Below, piece after piece: positions 10,025 through 19,139 of a DNA stretch of 64,000 nucleotides; position 1 is the first letter of the stretch, and each line of letters starts with the position of its first letter. The position numbers and the translations under genes are program-made. The notes under the pieces are model-generated. The model ran no database searches. It was not told the origin of the DNA and saw only the letters and a program-made list of their open reading frames with translations. Source of the DNA: an uncultured Verrucomicrobiota bacterium (GTDB taxonomy: Bacteria; Verrucomicrobiota; Verrucomicrobiia; Opitutales; UBA9783); contig CAMHMO010000004.1 of assembly GCA_946186275.1 (NCBI GenBank), positions 20,616-84,615 on the forward strand. Direction: 5' to 3'.

Positions 10025-11125
10025 ATGCAAGCGTTAAGTTTGGGTCTTTACGTCCATGTGCCGTTTTGTCCGAACGCCTGCGGGTACTGTCACTTTTATA
10101 AATGCCGACCGACCGCTTCGTCGGTAGAACGCTTTTTGGAACAAATTTCTCTTGAACGCGAACGTTGGCGGAACGTTTGGGAGGTGCGATCGTTTGAGAC
10201 CCTCTATTGGGGCGGCGGCAGTCCGAGTTGTCTGAAAGCGGAAGATTTACGCACTTTGGGACATTTATGCCCGACGACCGAACATCTGAAGGAATGGACG
10301 GTCGAAGTTTTCCCGACATCAATTACGGAGGAAAAACTTCATCTTTTAAAGGAACTCGGCGTCAATCGATTATCGCTGGGCGTACAGAGTTTTAATGTCC
10401 AAACATTGCAAAAACTGGGTCGTCGTCAAACGCCGCAACAGGTGTATCGCGCGTATAAAGAAATGCGCGCCGTTGGTTTTGGGAACATAAATCTGGATTT
10501 AATCTTTCCGCCCGCCTTCACGTCTTTGGAAGATTGGAAGGCGGATTTGGAAGCGGCGGTTGCGTTGTGCCCCGAGCATCTCTCGACGTACTGTTTGACG
10601 TACGAGAATGAAACGGGATCCTTCACGCCCGAGGCTTACCAACGCGTGGATAACGACCGCGAGGCGGATTTTTATCGCTTTACGTGGAACTTCTTGGAGC
10701 AAAACGGTTATCGGCATTACGAAGTTTCCAATTTCGCGCGTCCCGGGTACGAATGTCGGCATAACGTGAATACCTGGCGCATGCAGGAATGGCTCGGTTG
10801 GGGACCCGCCGCGGCATCGCAGTTTAACGGGCGACGCTTCCAAAATCCCTGTTCGTTGGGCTATGCTTACGGTGAAACCGTCGAAAACGTAACATTGACG
10901 GAAGAAGTTTTGTGCAAAGACTGCCTGATTTTCGGATTGCGCATGTGCGACGGCGTGGACTTGAATGAATTGCAACGGCGTTTCCCAAAGGTTGATTTGA
11001 AAATTTACCAACCGCTTTGGGAACGCTTTGAACGGGAGGGCTGGGTGGTTTTTGAAAACAATCGCGTGCGTTGTACGACGAAAGGCTTGCTCCTGGCGGA
11101 CGGATTGGCGTCGGAACTGCTCTGA
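10025..11125 (+). CDS. hemW: Radical SAM heme chaperone / oxygen-independent coproporphyrinogen-III oxidase-like protein
   Basis: GLYVHVPFCPNACGYCHF is the CxxxCxxC radical SAM motif. The track ORF (from 9746) is an upstream artefact overlapping the divergent gene. The ATG at 10025 gives the canonical N-terminus. Confidence 0.85.
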   Translation: MQALSLGLYVHVPFCPNACGYCHFYKCRPTASSVERFLEQISLERERWRNVWEVRSFETLYWGGGSPSCLKAEDLRTLGHLCPTTEHLKEWTVEVFPTSITEEKLHLLKELGVNRLSLGVQSFNVQTLQKLGRRQTPQQVYRAYKEMRAVGFGNINLDLIFPPAFTSLEDWKADLEAAVALCPEHLSTYCLTYENETGSFTPEAYQRVDNDREADFYRFTWNFLEQNGYRHYEVSNFARPGYECRHNVNTWRMQEWLGWGPAAASQFNGRRFQNPCSLGYAYGETVENVTLTEEVLCKDCLIFGLRMCDGVDLNELQRRFPKVDLKIYQPLWERFEREGWVVFENNRVRCTTKGLLLADGLASELL

Positions 11126-11192
11126 GTGCGGCGGGATTTCCCGAAAATATCCAAAAAACATTGACAAGCGTTCTTTGCACCCACAATTTCAA

Positions 11193-11253
11193 GTGCGTTG
11201 AGGGCGTGCGTTGAGGGCGTGCGTTGAGGGCGTGCGTTGAGGGCGTGCGTTGA
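11193..11253. repeat. Tandem repeat, 13-bp unit GTGCGTTGAGGGC, about 4.7 copies
   Basis: Read directly from the sequence. There are four perfect units at 11193-11244 plus a partial GTGCGTTGA. The repeat lies between hemW and a lipoprotein gene, just downstream of a TTGACA hexamer at 11161. Confidence 0.95.
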
Positions 11254-11296
11254 AAAGTGAGTTGATGAGAGTAAAACGGAAGGGTACAATACGAGC

Positions 11297-11788
11297 ATGA
11301 AAATAAATGTTAAAAAGCACGCTTTTAAAGCGATCGTTGCGGTGTGTTTGATGCTGGGCGGTTGTTTCGGCGGAGGCGGAAGAGAACGGTATCACAATTC
11401 CGAGTTCACGCACGGTAACATGAAGTGGCATTTGGAGAAAAACAAAACGCACGAGAGCGAGGTTTTGGAGGTTTTCGGTCCGCCCAATGTGACCTCTGTC
11501 GACAGCGAGGGTTTGGAAATGTGGGTCTACCAGAAGATGTCGACGTCCAAAATCGAGAGCGCGTTCGGCGGTGGTTTGAATTTGTCGGCGTTAATCAATG
11601 AAGTTTCGGGGAACGTGATGGGCGGTCGGCTGGCGCAGGCGGGTGTGAAGGGTAACCTCGGCGGTTCGGGCGGCTTTCAGGGCGGTCGGCATACGTCGAC
11701 GCAGTCGTCCAAGACGTGCACCATGATTTTGAAATTCGATGCCGCCGGCGTTTTGGTCGAGTATCGTTTCCGCACGAGCAATTTCTAG
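11297..11788 (+). CDS. Lipoprotein, SmpA/OmlA(BamE)-like N-terminal region with a Gly-rich C-terminal half
   Basis: It has a lipobox MLGGC. The segment HESEVLEVFGPPN...EMWVY resembles the BamE-like fold. Gly-rich segments follow. Confidence 0.5.
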   Translation: MKINVKKHAFKAIVAVCLMLGGCFGGGGRERYHNSEFTHGNMKWHLEKNKTHESEVLEVFGPPNVTSVDSEGLEMWVYQKMSTSKIESAFGGGLNLSALINEVSGNVMGGRLAQAGVKGNLGGSGGFQGGRHTSTQSSKTCTMILKFDAAGVLVEYRFRTSNF

Positions 11789-11915
11789 AAATTTGGTTTA
11801 AAAGCCGATGATGCGTTCGGGAATGGGCGGTGAAAGTGAGAGCCGAAGCCGTCGGTTGATGTGCATCGGTTGTTTGTCTGTTGCGCGTGAGATGATTTCT
11901 ATTCGGAAATAGAGC

Positions 11916-12395
11916 ATGAGGGATATAAAGTCTTATTTGAGGTTTTTTGTATTGGCGGTCATCTGCTGTGTTTTGGGCGGATGCGGCAGTGCACCGAAGA
12001 TGACGTCGCTGCAACTGAAATCCCTGCAGGAACGGGAATTTGAGAGCAATAAAAAAACGGTCTTTGCCAGCACCGTGTCTGTGTTGCAGGATTTGGGCTA
12101 CCTGGTCAAAACGGTGGACTATAAGGGCGGATTGATTACGGCAGAAAGCCCGTTGGAAGTCAGTCGCAATTATCTGACGTGGAACAAGAGCTCCAAGCGA
12201 ACCGGCGTCAGTGCCTTTGTGGACGAGTTCCCTAAAAAAACGACCGTTCGTTTGAATTTCGTCGTCAATGACGTTTCCACGCACTGGTTCAGCAGTGATA
12301 CAACCGAGGAAACCGTGATTCTGGATCCGAGCGTATATCAGGAAATTTTCGACAAAATCGGCGAAAGTATCTTTCTGCGCGAAGGGATGAATTAA
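11916..12395 (+). CDS. Lipoprotein of unknown function (paralog A)
   Basis: 159 aa with a lipobox VLGGCGS. It is clearly homologous to the next locus (KKTVFASTVSVLQDLGYLVKTVDYKGGLITAE...YQEIFDKI). Confidence 0.6.
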   Translation: MRDIKSYLRFFVLAVICCVLGGCGSAPKMTSLQLKSLQEREFESNKKTVFASTVSVLQDLGYLVKTVDYKGGLITAESPLEVSRNYLTWNKSSKRTGVSAFVDEFPKKTTVRLNFVVNDVSTHWFSSDTTEETVILDPSVYQEIFDKIGESIFLREGMN

Positions 12396-12398
12396 ACG

Positions 12399-12984
12399 TT
12401 GACCTTGACGAAATGCGGGATAAACGGCATACACGGAACCGTGTTTTGTAGCGTGAAGAAGGTGAAAATCACGAAGTTTCCTCTGCGTTTTCTTGTGCCG
12501 GCGTTGCTCTGCTGTGTTTTGGGCGGGTGCGGAAGAACCTCGAGGGTAACGCACGAAGATTCGGATTCGTTTCGAAAACATACATTTTGGAGTGACAAGA
12601 AGACGGTTTTTTCGAGTACCGTTTCAGTTCTGCAGGATATGGCGGTACGTGGTGAGAACGACGGATTACGCGAGCGGTTTAATTACGGCGGAAGGGTTGA
12701 TGAGAGAAGTCGGTAAAAATTGGATAACACGCAATAAAACGACCGAACGGGTATTCGTCAGCGCAATTGTGGAGGAAATTCCGGGTACGGGATCGAGCAT
12801 TCGTTTGAAACTTGTTAAAAACAGAGCTTCGGAGCATTGGTTTTCAAGAGATTCCGTTTCGGAAGATGTTGTTCGGGATCCGAAATCGTATCAGGAGATT
12901 TTTGACAAAATCGAGCAAAAAGTTCGATCCATCCAGCAGATACAGCTTTATCAGTTGCAACAGGGAAACAGGCGCAATGGATAA
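12399..12984 (+). pseudogene. Frameshifted paralog B of the preceding lipoprotein gene
   Basis: Two overlapping ORFs (12399..12716 and 12592..12984) together reproduce the paralog A sequence. The first gives the lipobox VLGGCG and KKTVFSSTVSVLQDM. The second, in the +1 frame, gives YVVRTTDYASGLITAE...YQEIFDKI. The junction is at about 12642-12646 (ATG GCG G TAC), which has one extra base relative to paralog A (TTG GGC TAC). Confidence 0.6.
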
Positions 12985-13064
12985 TCGGTTATCGGGATTT
13001 CTGTCTTGGGATTCGGGGTCGGGTTCGAAATGAGGGTGGTATTCGTCCTTTCTCGTGCGTTTTT

Positions 13065-13754
13065 TTACCGCCTTAAAAAAACATGCTTTGAATAGCTTTT
13101 GGCAATATCGACCGCCCGTTGAAGGCGATGTTCTTCTTCCAAACGTTCGAAAGCATTCTGCGGTTCTGCTTCTCCGCGACAGCGTTGCAGGTACCAACGA
13201 CTTTCTTCGTTGATCATCCGACCGGTGTCGTGCAACGCATCTTCGTCTGCCCAAAACGGCGACAACGTGGTTCGGAACTCGTACGTTACGGGATGACGTT
13301 GCAACAGAAAACGAACGGAAGCATGCAGATTTGTGAGTAAAGAAGGAGCTTCGTTCGGATGCGCCAATTTCAAATAACGTTTCGGCGAGGTTTTTAAATC
13401 CATCGCAACATAATCGACATCTGGAATAACGGATTTCAAAACCTCCGAACGACTGCCGTTGGTGTCGAGCTTTATTTTTAAATTCAGAGCTTTAAAATGT
13501 TCGATCAGTTGAGTAAGAACGGCTGGTTGTAACGTCGGTTCGCCGCCGCTGATGCACACGCCCGTTAAAAGTCGTCGTGCATCGTGTAAATAAGCTTCGA
13601 TCTGCCCCAACGTCCAACCGTTTTGTTTGGCATCGGCTTCCAGATTTTGATTGTGGCAATAGGGACAGTGAAAATTACATCCGGGGATAAATACAACGGC
13701 ACAAACTTCACCGGGATAATCCACCAGTGAATGTTTCAGAAAGCCGAATTTCAT
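13065..13754 (-). CDS. nrdG: Anaerobic ribonucleoside-triphosphate reductase activating protein (radical SAM)
   Basis: 229 aa with the GCNFHCPYCHN cluster motif. It lies downstream of nrdD. Confidence 0.9.
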   Translation of the reverse strand: MKFGFLKHSLVDYPGEVCAVVFIPGCNFHCPYCHNQNLEADAKQNGWTLGQIEAYLHDARRLLTGVCISGGEPTLQPAVLTQLIEHFKALNLKIKLDTNGSRSEVLKSVIPDVDYVAMDLKTSPKRYLKLAHPNEAPSLLTNLHASVRFLLQRHPVTYEFRTTLSPFWADEDALHDTGRMINEESRWYLQRCRGEAEPQNAFERLEEEHRLQRAVDIAKSYSKHVFLRR

Positions 13755-13969
13755 ACCCCCTTTATTCTATGATTTAAGACAAAATTGCGGTCATTATCTT
13801 TGAGAGAGAAGAACAACGCCCCCATTCGAAGCCGCTCGGCAACCGCGATCGACGTTCGGAGCTCTTCGATTACTCCACGTTACACGGTATTAACGAGAAC
13901 ATTCCCTCTGAAAAAACGCACCTCTTCACGTGCGAAGCTTCACGCGTGCGTTTCCGTTCGCGCAACCGC

Positions 13970-16492
13970 TCAGCTTGCCATGCGGATACGTTCCTTCATT
14001 TTGTCCGTATCGTAAATGACTTCCGTATGTTTTCCGACCAACACCAAAGCGGGTAAATTCCGAACGTTGTACTTTCTTGCAAGATCCAAACCCGCCTCTT
14101 CGGAGGTATTCACATAGGTACCCGCGAAATGTTGTTCGACGAGATACGGCTTCATCGATTGGCACTTGATGCAGGTATCGCTGTGGAAAAATAAAACGGA
14201 CGGTTTTTCGGAAGCATTCGAAGCGTTTTTGTTCCCTTCGACGGCATCCTTCGAAAAGAGCATTCCATCGGAAGATGTTTTCCCGCAGACATCGTTTTTG
14301 GATGACCTGTCGGACGTTCCGCAGGTGCACTCCGAAGTTGTACCTCCCGAAGCTTCCGCGCCGCACGAACTTTGCTCATGCCCGCCGCACCCGCAGGCAA
14401 ACGGCGCGCATTCGCCGGGCGGGACAGAATGCGCGACATCGTACGTGACGCGTTGCTTGAATTCCTCCTTTTTACCTTTATTCCAGAATGCGACCGCACG
14501 ATAATACCCCGTAATACGGCTGTAGACTTCCATTTCGCTGCCGCACTTCGGGCAAAAATCCTGTCGCCCCGCCAATCGTCCGTGGTTCTCGCACACCGAA
14601 AACGTCGGGGAAATCGAAACGTACGGAATGCGGAAGTTTTCGACGATTTGGCGCACCAACGTACGGCAGGACTTGGCATCCGGCAACGATTCGCCCAAAA
14701 ATACGTGGAAAACCGTGCCGCCGGTGTACTTGGTTTGCAGACTTTCCTGCTGTTTCAACGCTTCAAAGACGTCTGCCGTATAATCGACCGGCAGGTTGGA
14801 AGAATTCGTATAGTAGGGGTCGACGGTTCCCGATTGAATCATGTTCGGGAATTTTTCCTTGTCGATCTTCGCCAAACGATAAGACGTGCCTTCGGCGGGC
14901 GTGGCTTCCAAATTGTACAAATTGCCGGTTTTTTCCTGAAAATCCTTCAATTTTTCCCGCATGTGCACCAGAACTTCCTCCGTGAAGGCATGCCCTTCGG
15001 GAGTGGCGATGGACTGATGCAGGAAATTGAGACAGCATTCGTGCATGCCGACCAGCCCGATGGTCGAAAAGTGATTGTTGAAGTGCTTCAGGTAGTGCTT
15101 CGTGTAGGGGAATAAACCCTGCTCCATCAGCTTTTCGATGGTGCGCCGCTTGCATTCGAGCGAATCCTTGGCGAGCTCCATCAAATCGTCCAGGCGTCGG
15201 TAAAAATCCTCTTTATTGCGGCTCAAATAGCCGATGCGCGGCATATTGAGGGTCACGACGCCGATGGAACCGGTGAATTCGTCCGCGCCGAACAGCCCGC
15301 CGCCACGCCGCCGCAGTTCGCGCTTATCCAGTTGCAACCGACAGCACATGCTGCGAACATCCGACGGATTGAGGTCGGAATTGACGAAATTTTGGAAGTA
15401 AGGTGTGCCGTATTTGGCGGTCATTTGGAACAGCAAATCCGCGTTTTCGCCGTCCCAATTAAAATCTTTGGTGATGTTGTAGGTCGGAATGGGATAGGCA
15501 AATCCGCGTCCGTCGGCGTCGCCCTCCAGCATGACTTCCAAAAACGCGCGATTGATAAGGTCGATTTCCGCCTGACAATCCTTGTAACACAGATCGCTCT
15601 CTTTACCGCCGATGACCGCTTTTTTATCCGCCAAATCGCTCGGGCAGACCCAATCGAGCGTAATGTTGGTGAACGGCGGTTGCGTTCCCCAGCGGGACGG
15701 CGTGTTGACGCTGAACACAAAACTCTGAATGTGTTGCTTGACTTCGTCGAACGATAGACCGTCGTTTTTCACAAACGGCGCCAGGTAGGTATCGAAGCTC
15801 GACAGCGCCTGCGCACCCGCCCATTCGTTCTGCATCGTCCCGAGGAAGTTAATGATGTGCCAGATGGCGGTCGAAAAATGTTTCGCCGGCTTGGAGTTAA
15901 TCTTCCCGCGAACACCGCCGAAACCCTCTTCCAACAGCTGTCTTAAACTCCATCCGGCGCAATAACCGGAAAACATCGATAAATCGTGCAGGTGAAAATC
16001 GCCGTTCTTGTGGGCGTCGGCAATCTTTTTGTCGTACACCCGATGCAGCCAGTAGTTAGCGGTAATCGCCCCGGCGTTGTGTAAAATCAGTCCGCCGACG
16101 GAGTAATTGATACTGCTGTTTTCGTTGACGCGCCAGTCGCTTTGGTTCAAATAACCGTCCATCGTCTTTTCGATGTCCAGCACCAGAGCTTTGCCTTCGC
16201 GCAGGCGTTCGTGTTGATGACGATACAAAATATAAGCTTTCGCCACGTCGCCAAAATGTTCCTCCATGAGCGTCTGCTCGATAATGTCCTGAATTTCTTC
16301 GACGGCGGGAATGGTGCGGGCGTGATAGCGACGATTAACGGCATCCGTCACCTGATCCGTGAGGCGCAACAGCGTCTCCTTCGAATGCGGGCTTTGCGTC
16401 GCCAAAAACGCCTGTTGCAGGGCGTTGAAAATGCGCTCTTTTTGGAACGGAACAAACGTACCGTCGCGTTTAATAATGGTCTGAATGGGCAT
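13970..16492 (-). CDS. nrdD: Anaerobic (class III) ribonucleoside-triphosphate reductase with a C-terminal Cys-rich linker and thioredoxin-like domain
   Basis: 840 aa. It has an N-terminal ATP-cone (IIKRDGTFVPF), the Zn-ribbon and glycyl-radical region CPKCGSEMEVYSRITGYYRAV, and then about 150 extra residues ending in a thioredoxin-fold-like segment with CIKC. Confidence 0.9.
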   Translation of the reverse strand: MPIQTIIKRDGTFVPFQKERIFNALQQAFLATQSPHSKETLLRLTDQVTDAVNRRYHARTIPAVEEIQDIIEQTLMEEHFGDVAKAYILYRHQHERLREGKALVLDIEKTMDGYLNQSDWRVNENSSINYSVGGLILHNAGAITANYWLHRVYDKKIADAHKNGDFHLHDLSMFSGYCAGWSLRQLLEEGFGGVRGKINSKPAKHFSTAIWHIINFLGTMQNEWAGAQALSSFDTYLAPFVKNDGLSFDEVKQHIQSFVFSVNTPSRWGTQPPFTNITLDWVCPSDLADKKAVIGGKESDLCYKDCQAEIDLINRAFLEVMLEGDADGRGFAYPIPTYNITKDFNWDGENADLLFQMTAKYGTPYFQNFVNSDLNPSDVRSMCCRLQLDKRELRRRGGGLFGADEFTGSIGVVTLNMPRIGYLSRNKEDFYRRLDDLMELAKDSLECKRRTIEKLMEQGLFPYTKHYLKHFNNHFSTIGLVGMHECCLNFLHQSIATPEGHAFTEEVLVHMREKLKDFQEKTGNLYNLEATPAEGTSYRLAKIDKEKFPNMIQSGTVDPYYTNSSNLPVDYTADVFEALKQQESLQTKYTGGTVFHVFLGESLPDAKSCRTLVRQIVENFRIPYVSISPTFSVCENHGRLAGRQDFCPKCGSEMEVYSRITGYYRAVAFWNKGKKEEFKQRVTYDVAHSVPPGECAPFACGCGGHEQSSCGAEASGGTTSECTCGTSDRSSKNDVCGKTSSDGMLFSKDAVEGNKNASNASEKPSVLFFHSDTCIKCQSMKPYLVEQHFAGTYVNTSEEAGLDLARKYNVRNLPALVLVGKHTEVIYDTDKMKERIRMAS

Positions 16493-16768
16493 GAGTAAGG
16501 ATCGATTTCCTTCATTGTCCGACGGTCGGGAAAGAAACGCAAGCTGTTTTGAGGAAAGTTTTTTTGGGGCTTCCGGAAGCGGCTTCGAAACAGGAAAAGA
16601 TGGAAAATGACGTTTCCCGTGTTTGATTGTAAGGAAACAGAATATGCTCGAAGAAGCATTGTTCAGGCGGATGTCCGAAAACGAACATCCCGATGTTCCT
16701 CGCCTTCTTCAAAACGTCCTTTTTATCTTGTTCCGCATCCATCCGTTCGACACCATGAAGGCGGTTGC

Positions 16769-18973
16769 ATGAAACGTTTCGGTTTCGTCGGTGCTTTGAT
16801 TTCGGCGTTATTCCTTCACAGAAGCCTACCTGTTCGTGCCGTACCGTCGCTGACGTCCGACAAGCCCGTTGTGTATGACACCAAAAAGCGCGCGTCCGTC
16901 GCCGAAGGAAACGCGGAGTTTTTGAACGACGGACTGCGCGTTCAAGCGGATAAGATTTATTATTTTGCCGAAAGCGCCAAAGCGTTGGCGGAAGGACATG
17001 TGCGCATCACCAACGGTGATTATCGTTTTTTGGCGCCGTCGGGATCCTATTGTCACACGGAACAAACCGTTGAAGCCGTTTCTTTTTGCATGTCCACGGG
17101 CGGGCACGGGTATTACGGCGAAGCCTTGCGCGGTCAAACGAAAGAACGGCTCGTCGCCGATCACGTGCGGTTGGATTACCGCGGTGTGCACGACAGGGAT
17201 TTGCTCGGTTTTCACATTTTGGCGCGGCAGGGCGTGTTGCGACCGAAAAAAGATGTTGTTTTAAAGGATGCGGTGGTCAAAATCGGTCCCGTTCCGGTGT
17301 TGGTTTCGCCGATCTATCGGCATAATTTTGAAGAAGCGTGGGTGCGTTGGAAGTCCGAATGGACGCTGTTGGAGAAAAAGCCGTCCGAAAAATACGGTCA
17401 TTACATGCGGAATGACATTCGTTTCCACATGGGTTGGCCGGTAAAACCGGGCGTGATGATTGACTATTACCGCAAACAGGGCGTGCTTGCCGGATTCATG
17501 GCGGATTACGAAGCCATGTCAACGCCGTTAGGGAAAGGGCACATTGAAGGGGCGCGCATTCACGACGAAAATCTGGATATTGCCAATCGTGCGATCGACA
17601 AAAAAGGGCATGATTTGAAAAATTCCCGCTTTTGGTTCGAATGGCAACACGTCGGACATATCGGTACGTCGAATGATCTTGCCGTTCATACGCAGTGGAT
17701 GCGCGATCCGTACGTGATTAAGGATTTTCGTCCGGCGAACAACGACGGCACGCGGCAGCATCCGGATAATTTTGCCGAAATTTCGCACCGCGGCGACGCT
17801 TCCGTAACGAGTTTGCTGGTGCGTTACAAACTCAATCGTTTTCAACGCATACAGGAACGCTTGCCGGAAGTTCGTTACGAACATGCGTTGGAACCGATCG
17901 CCGATACGCCGTTTTACCAACAGTACGGCTTGGGCATCAGCCACCTGCGCGAACGTCCGTTGGACGAAAAGGATACGGAGATTTTTGACGAAACCTACGA
18001 AGCGGATAAGGAGCGCATTTTAAAACGCACCGATGCGTTCTACGGCGTTACGATGCCGATCGATTGCTCCCCGCTGTGTACCGTTACGCCGTTGGCGGGC
18101 GGGCGGGTTGCGCATTATTTCGGGCTGAACTGCGGTAATCGCAGTCAATACACGCGTTTTTTGGGTCAGGTCGGTTTCGATATCCGTTTGCGCTCTTACG
18201 GCGATTATTCCTACACCAATGAATGGTGGAACATTCATGATTTCCGTCATTTAATGAAACCGTTCCTGCAGTATCGTTACATGCCGGACGGGCATTCGGG
18301 CGACACGTTTATTCCGGCGGTCGACCGCGAAGCCGTCGATACGAACGAACAATCGCCATCGTTGCGGGAATTGGATCTGTTGCATCGGCGCGACATCGAC
18401 GACTGCCACGGCATGCACGTCGTGCGTTTGGGGTTTGAGAATGTCCTTTATACGAATTTCGAAAACGGCGGCAGTACGCGATGGATGTACCTGAACGCTT
18501 ATCAGGATTTCAATTTAAAGTGCGTCGCCGGCAATCGTTCGCTGGCGCACAAGGTTTCGGATACGCACGTGGATTTCGGTTGGAATCCGGCGCCGTTCTT
18601 CGGTTTTAACGAAAAACTCTGCTACAGCTTTGCCGAAAAACAGCTCCTTTCGATGGATACATCGGTTTCGTTTAAGGAAGGCGAATTATGGACGGCGAGC
18701 ATCACGCACACGTATCAACCGGGTAATCCGCGCAGCAAAACCAAAGCCCGCAAAACTTCCAACCAATTATCCTGGAACATGACGTATCACATTAATTCCA
18801 CAAATACCTTTTCCGTCGGTCAGAAATTCGATTTACACAAAACCGACTTCATCAGTCAAACGTACACCTGGCATACGCTGTTGGCGAAAACATGGAATTT
18901 GGATGTCGTTTTTAAGTGGAGCAAAAGAGGACAGTGGGAGATTAAGTTTTTGTATCGGTTTGCGGCGTGGTAG
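16769..18973 (+). CDS. lptD: LPS-assembly outer-membrane protein LptD (OstA family)
   Basis: It has a signal peptide MKRFGFVGALISALFL..VRA, an OstA-like N-terminal domain (AEGNAEFLNDGLRVQADKIYY...AEGHVRITNGDY) and a large aromatic-rich beta-barrel ending in ...RFAAW. The start at 16769 was chosen inside the longer track ORF. Confidence 0.8.
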   Translation: MKRFGFVGALISALFLHRSLPVRAVPSLTSDKPVVYDTKKRASVAEGNAEFLNDGLRVQADKIYYFAESAKALAEGHVRITNGDYRFLAPSGSYCHTEQTVEAVSFCMSTGGHGYYGEALRGQTKERLVADHVRLDYRGVHDRDLLGFHILARQGVLRPKKDVVLKDAVVKIGPVPVLVSPIYRHNFEEAWVRWKSEWTLLEKKPSEKYGHYMRNDIRFHMGWPVKPGVMIDYYRKQGVLAGFMADYEAMSTPLGKGHIEGARIHDENLDIANRAIDKKGHDLKNSRFWFEWQHVGHIGTSNDLAVHTQWMRDPYVIKDFRPANNDGTRQHPDNFAEISHRGDASVTSLLVRYKLNRFQRIQERLPEVRYEHALEPIADTPFYQQYGLGISHLRERPLDEKDTEIFDETYEADKERILKRTDAFYGVTMPIDCSPLCTVTPLAGGRVAHYFGLNCGNRSQYTRFLGQVGFDIRLRSYGDYSYTNEWWNIHDFRHLMKPFLQYRYMPDGHSGDTFIPAVDREAVDTNEQSPSLRELDLLHRRDIDDCHGMHVVRLGFENVLYTNFENGGSTRWMYLNAYQDFNLKCVAGNRSLAHKVSDTHVDFGWNPAPFFGFNEKLCYSFAEKQLLSMDTSVSFKEGELWTASITHTYQPGNPRSKTKARKTSNQLSWNMTYHINSTNTFSVGQKFDLHKTDFISQTYTWHTLLAKTWNLDVVFKWSKRGQWEIKFLYRFAAW

Positions 18974-19139
18974 GGAAGTGGAGCTAATGAGAGGCGGTGT
19001 TGTAACATAGAAGTGTTATAACTTAGGGGCGGTTCCTGTTTTTTCACGAGAAAATGATTGAAACTTAAACGAACAGCTCGTGATGAGGTGGGTTGCCAAC
19101 CGCTGAAGATTTTTGAATGCTCTAAATTGTTCCTTTCTT

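Noticed and set aside
11595-12581. Long antisense ORFs opposite well-supported genes. Examples are 11595..12581(-), 32708..33520(+), 44306..45058(-), 45569..46273(-), 29173..29871(-), 10499..11167(-) and 50706..51437(-).
   Set aside because: Each lies fully inside a gene with strong family motifs on the other strand. Their translations are R/P/H/F-rich low-complexity sequence with no recognisable motifs, so they are shadow ORFs.
16493-16768. NrdR boxes or a B12 riboswitch upstream of nrdD.
   Set aside because: No pair of 16-bp ACACwAtATaTwGTGT-like palindromes and no B12-box were visible by eye.
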